Assembly (NCBI RefSeq): GCF_013149785.1
Contig: NZ_JABEZU010000002.1
Location: forward strand, 124,001-188,000
DNA from: Isoptericola halotolerans
GTDB lineage: Bacteria > Actinomycetota > Actinomycetes > Actinomycetales > Cellulomonadaceae
Length of the DNA: 64,000 nucleotides
Direction of reading: 5' to 3'
Shown here: positions 47,547-57,966 of the stretch, one piece after another
Layout of the letters: each line of letters begins with the position of its first letter
Position numbering within the stretch: position 1 is the first letter of the stretch
Position numbers and translations under genes: made by a program
The notes under the pieces: model-generated
What the model saw: the letters and a program-made list of their open reading frames with translations, nothing else
What the model was told of the DNA's origin: nothing
Database searches by the model: none

Positions 47547-49814
47547 GTGCCCGTCCGTGGCATCCGTCCGCCCGCCGTCCGTGCCACCGCTGCAGCGATC
47601 GGCCTCACCCTCGTGGGGGCGGCGCTGGCGCTGCCCGCTCGCGCGTCCGTGGTCGACGACCCGGTCGGCACCAGCGCACCCGGCGCGGCGATCGACCTGC
47701 GTGCCCTCGGCAGCTACGAGACCGGGGTGTTCGACGAGTCCGCGGCCGAGGTGGTCGCCTACCACGGTGGCTCCCAGCGGCTGTTCTCGGTGAACGCGCA
47801 GGCCGGAGAGGTGACGGTGCTCGACGTCGCCGACCCGGCCGTCCCGACGCGGGTCTTCTCGCTGCAGACCACCAGCGTGCAGGCCGACGACGGCTCGGTG
47901 GTCCCCACCGGGGCCGTCGCGAACTCGGTGGCCGTCCGGGACGACGGCCTCGCCGTCGTCGCCGTCGAGTCCGACCCGAAGACCGACCGCGGCTGGCTCG
48001 TGTTCTTCGACGCCGCCGCGGACGGTTCCGCGCTGGGCGCCGTCCGGGTCGGCGCACAACCGGACATGGTGACCTTCACCCCCGACGGCACGCGGGCCGT
48101 CGTCGCCGACGAGGGCGAGCCGAACGACGACTACACCGTCGACCCCGAGGGCGACGTCGCCGTCGTCGACGTGCCCGACCAGGTCGCCGCGCCGTCCCAG
48201 GGCGACGTCCGGATCGCCGACTTCCACGCGTTCGAGGCACCCGGTGCGTTGCCCGACGGGGTGCGGGTCTTCGCCGGGATCGACGGGATCGACCACCCGG
48301 TCTCGCGGAACCTCGAACCGGAGTACGTCGCCGTCTCGGGTGACTCGACCACCGCCTACGCCGTGCTGCAGGAGGCGAACGCCGTCGCCGTCGTCGACCT
48401 GGACGCCGCCGAGGTGACCGACGTCTGGCCGTTGGGCGCCAAGGACTTCTCGATCGAGGGGCAGGGCATCGACCCCTCGGACCGCGACGGCGGGATCGAC
48501 ATCCGCACGATCCCGGTCAAGGGCCTGTACATGCCGGACGGGATCAACGCCTACACGGCCGGTGGCGAGACGTACCTGGTCACCGCCAACGAGGGAGACG
48601 CCCGCGAGTGGGGCGACTACGAGGAGCCGGTCCGAGTCAAGGACCTCGGCAAGGGTGGCACCGCCCCGATCTGCGAGGGCCACCCGGCGGTCGGCCTCAC
48701 CGGCGACGCCGACCTCGGGCGCCTCGACGTGTCCATCGCCTCCGGCCTGCGTGCCGACGGCGCCTGCTACGAGGAGCTGCACGCCTTCGGCGGCCGGTCC
48801 TTCTCGATCTGGACCACCGACGGCGAGCAGGTCTACGACTCGGGCGACGACTTCGAGCAGATCACCGCGGAGGTCGCGCCGGAGCACTTCAACGCCAACA
48901 ACACCGACCCTGCCGCCGACTCCCGCTCGGACAACAAGGGCCCGGAGCCGGAGAACATGGCGATCGGCGAGGTGGACGGCCGCACCTACGCCTTCATCGG
49001 GCTCGAGCGGGTCGGCGGCGTCATGGTCTACGACGTCACCGACCCCGCAGCGTCGGAGTTCGTGCAGTACGTCAACAACCGCGACTTCTCGGCCCCCGTC
49101 GAGGAGTCGGGCGACCTCGGTCCCGAGGGCCTGGCGTTCATCGAGGCCGACGAGTCGCCGACCGGCGAGCCGATGCTCGCCGTCGCCAACGAGGTCTCGG
49201 GGACCACGACGCTCTACGCCGTCGACGGCCCCGCGCCCACGGTGGCCCCGGCGCGCGGCGTGATCAGCGACGACAACGCGCACGACGGCGTCCGCGGCGG
49301 GGCGTACACCGTCTCGGTCGACCTGTGGTGGGGCCAGAACGCCACCCACGTGCGCCTGCTCGAGAACGGCGAGGTGGTCGCCACGCGCAACCTCGTGGAC
49401 GCCTCGCCGTCGGCCCAGCACGTGGACTTCGCGCTGACCGGACGCACCGACGGCACCTACGTCTACTCCTGCGAGCTGGTGAACGCCGCGGGGACGACGC
49501 CGTGCCGCGACCACACGGTGCGGGTGACCGACGCGGCGCCGGCGGCCCCCCGGCTGAGCCACGACAACCACGACCGCGACGGCGACTACACGGTGTCCGC
49601 CGACCTGTGGTGGGGCACCAACGCCACCTCGTGGACGCTGCTCGAGGACGGCGTCGAGGTGGCGTCGGGTGAGCTGACGGACGCCACGCCGTCGGCCCAG
49701 CAAGTGGCGGTACCGCTCACCGGCCGCGAGCCCGGCCGGTACACGTACCGCGTCGTGTTCGCCAACGACCTCGGATCGACGAGCAGCAAGGAGCTGACCG
49801 TCCGCGTGCAGTGA
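47547..49814 (+). CDS. Secreted choice-of-anchor I / alkaline-phosphatase-like beta-propeller protein with two C-terminal Ig-like repeats
   Basis: Signal peptide; NSVAV, PDMVTFTPDG, EGEP, LEPEY, YMPDGI, TANEGD, FGGRSFSI, RSDNKGPEPE, DLGPEG, NEVSG; two DLWWG.NAT repeats. Confidence 0.85.
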   Translation: MPVRGIRPPAVRATAAAIGLTLVGAALALPARASVVDDPVGTSAPGAAIDLRALGSYETGVFDESAAEVVAYHGGSQRLFSVNAQAGEVTVLDVADPAVPTRVFSLQTTSVQADDGSVVPTGAVANSVAVRDDGLAVVAVESDPKTDRGWLVFFDAAADGSALGAVRVGAQPDMVTFTPDGTRAVVADEGEPNDDYTVDPEGDVAVVDVPDQVAAPSQGDVRIADFHAFEAPGALPDGVRVFAGIDGIDHPVSRNLEPEYVAVSGDSTTAYAVLQEANAVAVVDLDAAEVTDVWPLGAKDFSIEGQGIDPSDRDGGIDIRTIPVKGLYMPDGINAYTAGGETYLVTANEGDAREWGDYEEPVRVKDLGKGGTAPICEGHPAVGLTGDADLGRLDVSIASGLRADGACYEELHAFGGRSFSIWTTDGEQVYDSGDDFEQITAEVAPEHFNANNTDPAADSRSDNKGPEPENMAIGEVDGRTYAFIGLERVGGVMVYDVTDPAASEFVQYVNNRDFSAPVEESGDLGPEGLAFIEADESPTGEPMLAVANEVSGTTTLYAVDGPAPTVAPARGVISDDNAHDGVRGGAYTVSVDLWWGQNATHVRLLENGEVVATRNLVDASPSAQHVDFALTGRTDGTYVYSCELVNAAGTTPCRDHTVRVTDAAPAAPRLSHDNHDRDGDYTVSADLWWGTNATSWTLLEDGVEVASGELTDATPSAQQVAVPLTGREPGRYTYRVVFANDLGSTSSKELTVRVQ

Positions 49815-49834
49815 CCCGTGCGAGGATGCGACGC

Positions 49835-50614
49835 GTGCTCGACCTCGACGTCTCCACCGTCCTCCTGCTGGTCCTCGCCGGGCTGGCGGCGGGCTGGGTC
49901 GACGCCGTCGTCGGCGGTGGCGGGCTCATCCAGCTTCCCGCGCTGCTGCTCGTGCCCGGCATCTCGCCCGTCCAGGCCCTGGCGACCAACAAGCTCGGCT
50001 CGATCATGGGCACGTCGGTCAGCTCGATCACGTACTACCGGCGCGTCGGTCCGGACCTGACGACGGCCGGTCCGATGGCGGTCGCTGCCCTGGCCGGTGC
50101 GGTCGGCGGGGCCGCGCTCGCCACGCAGATCCCCGCCGAGCTGTTCACCCCGATCATCCTCGTGGTGCTCGTCGGGGTGGCTCTGTTCACGATCCTCAAG
50201 CCCCGGCTCGGCCAGCAGGACGACCTGCGCTGGGAAGGGAACCGGCACCGGTGGACGGCCGCGGGGATCGGGCTGGTCATCGGTGCCTACGACGGCCTGC
50301 TCGGGCCCGGCACCGGGACCTTCCTGGTCATCTCCCTGGTGAGCGTGCTCGGGTACGCGTTCCTCCCGGCGTCGGCCCTGGCCAAGATCGTCAACTTCGC
50401 CACGAACCTGGGCGCGTTGCTGTACTTCGTGCCGGCCGGGGCCGTGATCTGGGGCCTCGGGCTCGCGATGGGGGCGGCGAACCTGGTCGGCGGGTACATC
50501 GGGGCACGGATGGCGGTGGCGAAGGGTTCCGGTTTCGTGCGCATCGTCTTCGTCGTCGTGGTCGGAGCGCTCATCTGCAAGCTCGGCTACGACGTCGTCA
50601 CGGGCTCCTCGTAG
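49835..50614 (+). CDS. TSUP (TauE/SafE) family membrane transporter; start uncertain (49811, 49826 or 49835)
   Basis: AGWVDAVVGGGGLIQLPALL, ATNKL, YDGLLGPGTG, AKIVNFATN. Confidence 0.88.
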   Translation: MLDLDVSTVLLLVLAGLAAGWVDAVVGGGGLIQLPALLLVPGISPVQALATNKLGSIMGTSVSSITYYRRVGPDLTTAGPMAVAALAGAVGGAALATQIPAELFTPIILVVLVGVALFTILKPRLGQQDDLRWEGNRHRWTAAGIGLVIGAYDGLLGPGTGTFLVISLVSVLGYAFLPASALAKIVNFATNLGALLYFVPAGAVIWGLGLAMGAANLVGGYIGARMAVAKGSGFVRIVFVVVVGALICKLGYDVVTGSS

Positions 50615-50734
50615 CGGTGGTGTGACCGCCGGCACATCGGCGCCGAGCACCGGTCGCTACCATGGTGCGCGCACACACAAGAGACCGGCGGGCCGTTGAG
50701 AGAGACGGAGGCCGGCGACAGAAAGGTTGCATGC

Positions 50735-53159
<2,425 letters not shown>

Positions 53160-53231
53160 GTCACGTCGCCTGAATCACCCTGACGGGCCGCGGTGGGATC
53201 CTCCCGCCGCGGCCTGTCGTCGTTCCCCCTG

Positions 53232-53297
53232 CCGTTGTGGGTGCACGACGCGCCGTTGTTGCTGGCTGGTTGGCGGTGTGTCGTGCACCCACAGCGG
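53232..53297. repeat. Imperfect long inverted repeat downstream of asd
   Basis: CCGTTGTGGGTGCACGACGCGCCG ... CGGTGTGTCGTGCACCCACAGCGG. Confidence 0.75.
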
Positions 53298-53353
53298 AAG
53301 GCGGGTGGGCTGCTGCCGTGTGCCACGTGCCAAGTTGGTTGACACGTACGGCG

Positions 53354-53388
53354 AACCTGTCAAAAATCTGTGCGATTTTTGACAGGTT
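53354..53388. promoter_or_regulatory. AT-rich 15-bp inverted repeat over the fic promoter (candidate autoregulatory operator)
   Basis: AACCTGTCAAAAATC-TGTGC-GATTTTTGACAGGTT; -10 TAATCT at 53393; ATG 53405. Confidence 0.75.
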
Positions 53389-53404
53389 ACGTTAATCTGA
53401 TCCG

Positions 53405-54472
53405 ATGAACCGGGAACCTGCTCGGCCCCATGACGGTCTTCCAGTCCTGCCTCCCCGGGTGGAGCTGGAGACCCACGCGGTGCTCAAGGTGACGATCGAG
53501 GCACGCGATGCCCTGGCGCGCTTCGATGCGCGAGCGCAGGCCCTGCCGAATCCGACGGTGCTGATCAACGCCATCCCGCTCCTGGAAGCGCAGGCAAGCT
53601 CGGAGATCGAGAACATCGTCACGACGACGGACGAGCTGTTCACGGCAGCAGCCACGGACGTCGGAGCGACTCCCGCGGCACGGGAGGCGCTCCGATACCG
53701 CAGCGCGCTGCAGACCGGGTTCCAGCAGGTGGGCCATCGGCCGCTCACGGCCAACACGGCGGCCGAGATATGCGCCGTCATCCGTGGCCATGACGAGGGG
53801 TTCCGTCGAGGCGAGGTGTTCATCGGGGACCCTGCGACCAGGCAACGCGTGTACACCCCGCCATCGGGCACCGAGCTGTCCAGGTTGCTCGACAACTGGT
53901 CGGAGTTTCTCAATGCGCCGACCGACCTCGACCCGCTGGTGCGGATGGCGGTCGCCCACTACCAGTTCGAGGCGATCCACCCGTTCACCGACGGCAACGG
54001 TCGCACCGGGCGCATCATGAACGTGCTGATGCTCTGTGACGCCGGGCTGATGCACCTTCCCCTGCTGTACCTGTCTCGCTACATCATCGAGTCGAAGGAC
54101 GACTACTACCGCCTGCTGCGCGAGGTGACGTCGGACGGAACTTGGGAGCCGTGGGTCCGGTACATCATCGATGGTGTCCGAGTGACCGCGGAGCGGACCA
54201 CCCGGGTGGTCGACAACATCGACGATGTCCAAGGACAGCTGCTCGATCATGTCCGTCAGGTGGTGGGGTCGGCCAACGGTGATCTGCTGTCGGTGCTCAT
54301 GGAGCAGCCGTACTCCCGGGTGCGGGACGTCATCGACCGGTGCGGCGTGTCTCGGCCCACGGCGTCAAAGTGGATGCACGGACTGGTCGATGCCGGGGTG
54401 CTTGCCGACCTGCGCGTCGGCCGTGAGGTCCTCTACATCAACCGGGCGCTGATGGACGTGTTGCGCGGGTAG
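53405..54472 (+). CDS. Fic/DOC family AMP transferase, class II with C-terminal HTH (SoFic-like)
   Basis: HPFTDGNGRTGR Fic motif; N-terminal SSEIEN inhibitory motif; C-terminal VSRPTASKW HTH. Confidence 0.93.
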   Translation: MNREPARPHDGLPVLPPRVELETHAVLKVTIEARDALARFDARAQALPNPTVLINAIPLLEAQASSEIENIVTTTDELFTAAATDVGATPAAREALRYRSALQTGFQQVGHRPLTANTAAEICAVIRGHDEGFRRGEVFIGDPATRQRVYTPPSGTELSRLLDNWSEFLNAPTDLDPLVRMAVAHYQFEAIHPFTDGNGRTGRIMNVLMLCDAGLMHLPLLYLSRYIIESKDDYYRLLREVTSDGTWEPWVRYIIDGVRVTAERTTRVVDNIDDVQGQLLDHVRQVVGSANGDLLSVLMEQPYSRVRDVIDRCGVSRPTASKWMHGLVDAGVLADLRVGREVLYINRALMDVLRG

Positions 54473-55187
54473 TCCTGGATCGCTCGAGTTCGACGGAGTC
54501 CACGACGGCGACCAGGTCGGTACCGGCGCGCAGCAGCGCCAGCGACCGCGTCGCGATCGTGTCCAGCCGTTCGCGCAGCGCGGTCTCGGCCTGCGCCGTG
54601 CCCCCGGCTCCTCGCAGCGCGGCCATGACGGTCGCCACCTCCGGGACTCCGTACCCCGCCGCGCGCAACGCCGCGACGATCCGCGCGGCTCCGACCTGCC
54701 CGACGTCGTAGGTACGGACCCGCAGAGACCCGACCCGTTGCGCGGTGACCAGACCTTCGGACTCCCAGTGGCGCAGCGTCGAGGTCCGGACGCCCAGGGC
54801 GTCGGCGAGCTCGGTGATCGACAGGACGTCGCCGGCACGGGTCGCCGCCGGCTCGGCGCCGATCTCGTAGAGCGCGTCGAGCGCCTGGAGGGTCTGGCGG
54901 CGGTCCTCGGCCAGGCCGACGTGCAGCTCGGTCAGGGACGCCACTGCGACATCGCGCGGCGACCTCCACAGTTCCACCATCGTCCGACGTGCGATGACGG
55001 GGCCGACGGCGGTCGCGAGCCCGCGGTAGGCGCGTACCGCCTGGAGATGGAGCGGCCTGTACCGGCGGTAGCCGTTCGAGGAGCGGCTTGCCGGCGGGAT
55101 CACGCCGAGCCGTTCCAGGTCGCGCACCTGCTGGACGGAGTAGCCCGTGGCGCGGGCGACGTCGGAGGTCCTCCGTCGACCGTTCAT
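54438..55187 (-). CDS. MerR family regulator with two HTH domains (TioE-like)
   Basis: TSDVARATGYSVQQVRDLERLG...NGYRRY and a second ITELADALGVRTSTLRHWESEGL. Confidence 0.85.
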   Translation of the reverse strand: MNGRRRTSDVARATGYSVQQVRDLERLGVIPPASRSSNGYRRYRPLHLQAVRAYRGLATAVGPVIARRTMVELWRSPRDVAVASLTELHVGLAEDRRQTLQALDALYEIGAEPAATRAGDVLSITELADALGVRTSTLRHWESEGLVTAQRVGSLRVRTYDVGQVGAARIVAALRAAGYGVPEVATVMAALRGAGGTAQAETALRERLDTIATRSLALLRAGTDLVAVVDSVELERSRTTRATRPSAPG

Positions 55188-55225
55188 CAAACCCCACACA
55201 AGCACATGAAGGTGATGCTTGAAGT

Positions 55226-55729
55226 ATGGACATCGAACAGATCATCTCCGCGGTGCACGAGTTGGACGGCGCGCTCGTGCTGCAGCCTGGACCTGGCGGC
55301 GACGCCCCGGAGCTCACCTGGGGCGACGCCTTCTTCTACTTCGCGCCGGACGGCCGCGTGCCCACGGCCGTGCAGCCCTACGGCACCATCACCACGAAGA
55401 ACTACCCGGACGACACCGCCTGCGACCTCGATCGACCCGGGCGGTGGCGCGTCAACGTCCACGTGGGTCGAGAGCGCGCGGGCGAGCTCGGTGTCGTCCG
55501 GGCGCCGGGCAAGGCCGACGGGACCCGCGCGACCAGCGTGCCGCCGTCGGACGGCGTCCCTACCGACGTCCTGATGTCCCACCCGGTGTACGGCCACCTG
55601 GGCTGGGTCTGCGTGGTCGACCCGGACGAGCGCACAGCCGGCGTCGTCCTCACGCTGCTGCGGGAGGCGCACGACGCGGCTCGACGGCGGGACGAGCGCC
55701 GGCGCGGGGCCTGGTCGCACGGTTCGTGA
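55226..55729 (+). CDS. DUF6194-like protein
   Basis: WGDAFFYFAPDG, PYGTITTKNYPDD, LDRPGRWRVNV, HPVYGHLGWVCV; divergent from the double-MerR gene. Confidence 0.78.
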   Translation: MDIEQIISAVHELDGALVLQPGPGGDAPELTWGDAFFYFAPDGRVPTAVQPYGTITTKNYPDDTACDLDRPGRWRVNVHVGRERAGELGVVRAPGKADGTRATSVPPSDGVPTDVLMSHPVYGHLGWVCVVDPDERTAGVVLTLLREAHDAARRRDERRRGAWSHGS

Positions 55730-55741
55730 GTCCGACGTCGA

Positions 55742-56695
55742 TCAGCAGGTGGTGTGGCCGTGGGTGTCGTCGCAGACGAGGCGGGCGCGGGCTTCGGTGA
55801 GGGTGACGGGGTCGGTGGTGCTGGTGGTGGTGATGGTGCCGTCGATGGTGGTCCAGGTGCTCGTGCCGGTGATGCGGAAGTGGCCTTGCCAGGTGGTGGT
55901 CAGGGTGGTGGTGACCTCGGGGCGGTACCAGTTGCCGGCGTCGTCGCGGTGGGTGCCGGTGTGGGTGTCGGGGTGGCCGAGGTGGGTGTAGGTGTGGCCG
56001 ATCCAGGTGTGGTCGGGGGTGGGGGCGTCGTCGGTCCAGGGTTGGCCGGGGTCGGTGGTGGTCAGGGTGGCGCCGCCGGGGGTGTGGGGGTCGTCGAAGT
56101 TCCAGGTGTACTCGACGGGGTCGGCGCGGATCTGGACGGGGACGTCCAGGAGGGTGACGTCGACGATCTGGGGTTGGGTGGTGGCGTAGGCGGGGTAGTG
56201 GACGCCTGCCAGGAGGGGTTCGCGGGCTTGGAGGGTGGCTTGGGGGGTGGGGATGTGCATGGTGGCGAACTCGTGTCGGGCGTGGGGGGCGAGGTCGGTG
56301 GGGGTGATGCACTCGCGTCCGGAGAGGTGCTCGGGGTCGGTGTAGGTGCCGTCGTCGCGGAGGCGTTCGACCCACAGGTCGGCGAGCTCGTACTCGTCGT
56401 CGGTGCAGGGGGCGCCTTGGATGGTGAGTTCGAGGGCCTCGTCGGGGCAGGTGTCCAGGGTGGTGGCGAGGTCGACGCCGTCCCAGGTCGCGGCGAGGTT
56501 GCAGGTGGTCAGGTCGGTGCGGAAGTAGCGGTCGCGGGGGCCGTCGTCCTGGCCCGAGGTCGCGGGGTTCTGCGCGGCGCCGTGAGCGCCGAGCCGCACC
56601 TCGTCCGCCGGGTCGTCGAGTATTGGCGTGTACACATCGGTAGACGTTCCGAGTAGGAGGCTCGCTGCGATCGCGGCAGCGGTGATCGCGCTCAT
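55742..56695 (-). CDS. Secreted hypothetical protein with PKD-like/Ig-like C-terminal region
   Basis: Signal-like N-terminus; Cys-containing N-region; VQIRADPVEYTWNFDD, DPGQPW, GHTY, LTTTWQGHFRI; Thr/His-rich. Confidence 0.7.
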   Translation of the reverse strand: MSAITAAAIAASLLLGTSTDVYTPILDDPADEVRLGAHGAAQNPATSGQDDGPRDRYFRTDLTTCNLAATWDGVDLATTLDTCPDEALELTIQGAPCTDDEYELADLWVERLRDDGTYTDPEHLSGRECITPTDLAPHARHEFATMHIPTPQATLQAREPLLAGVHYPAYATTQPQIVDVTLLDVPVQIRADPVEYTWNFDDPHTPGGATLTTTDPGQPWTDDAPTPDHTWIGHTYTHLGHPDTHTGTHRDDAGNWYRPEVTTTLTTTWQGHFRITGTSTWTTIDGTITTTSTTDPVTLTEARARLVCDDTHGHTTC

Positions 56696-56700
56696 ACGGA

Positions 56701-57354
56701 TCAACCCTCTTCGAGCGGCGCGACCCCCAGGATGGCCCACTGACCACCGTGGCGTATCAGTTCCATTCGCACGACTCCCTGAGTGCTTGCGAACTGAGCG
56801 ATGTCAGTTCCCTCCGGTCCGGTGATCGTCACTTCCTGCGTCGTGACCTCGACGTCAAGTGGCCATCCGCCAGTGGGTTCGTCCTGCTCATACGTGTGCA
56901 GCACTTGGACCGATGTCTCACCACCTTCGAAGCGGTCGCCGTTGGCGGCGATCGTCTGTGCCTGCTCCAGACGGTTGGCGCACGTGTTGCACTCCGGGTG
57001 CGACATCGCTTCCCACTCGGTGGTGTCCCCGGTCTTCATCATGTAGGTGTCGAGCAGCTGGAAGTACACCGCCGCCGCCTCGGCGCCCTCGTACCCGTCG
57101 TCGTCCATCGCGGCGGGGCGTTCCGGTGCGACGACCACCGGCGTGGGCGACGGCGTCGGCGAGGATTCCGCCGCCGTCGCCGACGGGCTCGGCGCAGCCT
57201 CCGCCGTCGTGCCCGGGTCGGGGGCCGGCTCGGGGCCGGTGCAGCCGGCGAGCAGCAGCGCGACCAGCGCGAGCGCACCGGACGCGGGGACGGGACGAGG
57301 GCTCGGGTGTTCCTTCACGGGTTCCTTCACGGAGTCCTTCACAGGGTCCTTCAC
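56701..57354 (-). CDS. DUF6318-like lipoprotein; start at one of GTG 57354, 57342, 57330 or 57318
   Basis: LLAGC lipobox, PS/PT linker, PERPAAM...GAEAAAVYF...TGDT...CNTC. Confidence 0.75.
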   Translation of the reverse strand: MKDPVKDSVKEPVKEHPSPRPVPASGALALVALLLAGCTGPEPAPDPGTTAEAAPSPSATAAESSPTPSPTPVVVAPERPAAMDDDGYEGAEAAAVYFQLLDTYMMKTGDTTEWEAMSHPECNTCANRLEQAQTIAANGDRFEGGETSVQVLHTYEQDEPTGGWPLDVEVTTQEVTITGPEGTDIAQFASTQGVVRMELIRHGGQWAILGVAPLEEG

Positions 57355-57358
57355 CAGG
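57311..57358 (-). repeat. 4 x 12-bp tandem repeat containing GTGAAGGA
   Basis: TCCTTCACGGGT TCCTTCACGGAG TCCTTCACAGGG TCCTTCACCAGG on the + strand. Confidence 0.9.
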
Positions 57359-57494
57359 GAGTCGACGGCGACATCCCCGACACCGTAGCGAAACCCGCCC
57401 ATCCTGGGCACGACCCTGTGGACAACGTCTCGCTCAGTGGACCGGTCGCATCCGCGCACCCACAGCGGTAGGGGGGTTGACGGCACTCGGTCTC

Positions 57495-57526
57495 CTGTGG
57501 TTCATTAGTCAAGTAATGAACCACAG
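57495..57526. promoter_or_regulatory. YtrA-type GntR operator
   Basis: Perfect CTGTGGTTCATTA-N6-TAATGAACCACAG; -35 TTGACG at 57477. Confidence 0.85.
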
Positions 57527-57552
57527 CACCAGTAAACCCTGAGGAGGGTCGC

Positions 57553-57966
57553 GTGTTCGACGGCCCCGAACCGATCTACGTCCAGATCGCGCAGCAGATC
57601 CGGTCGCAGGTCCTCGCGGGCGAGCTCGCGGAGGAGGAGCAGGTCATGTCCACCACCCAGTTCGCGACGACGTTCCGGATCAACCCCGCCACGGCGGCGA
57701 AGGCCTTCACCGGTCTCGTCGAGGAGGGCGTGCTCTACAAGCGGCGAGGCCTCGGCATGTTCGTCGCGCCCGGCGCGCGGGAACGCCTCCTCGACCAGCA
57801 CCGCACGGCCTACTTCGACGACGTGCTGGCACCCGCCCTGGCCCAGGCGGACGTCCTCGGCATCCCTGCCGACGAGATCGTCGCCTACGTCCACGCCCGC
57901 CGGCACGGCACCGGTCCCGACGGACCCGCCGCCACCGACCACACCACGAACCAGGAGCAGTCATGA
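57553..57966 (+). CDS. GntR family regulator, YtrA subfamily
   Basis: PIYVQIA, INPATAAKA, KRRGLGMFV; short C-terminal domain. Confidence 0.92.
   Translation: MFDGPEPIYVQIAQQIRSQVLAGELAEEEQVMSTTQFATTFRINPATAAKAFTGLVEEGVLYKRRGLGMFVAPGARERLLDQHRTAYFDDVLAPALAQADVLGIPADEIVAYVHARRHGTGPDGPAATDHTTNQEQS

Noticed and set aside
50615..50734. Lysine riboswitch or attenuator before ask
   Set aside because: The leader after -10 TACCAT is only ~65 nt with one modest hairpin; too short for a lysine riboswitch, and no Lys/Thr/Met-rich leader peptide.
55742..57040. Diversity-generating retroelement behind the skewed or variable region
   Set aside because: No reverse transcriptase and no template/variable repeat pair in the window; the skew is G-depletion rather than adenine-specific variation.
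57417..57425. DnaA-box-like TGTGGACAA
   Set aside because: Single copy with no box cluster, AT-rich unwinding element or dnaA/dnaN context.
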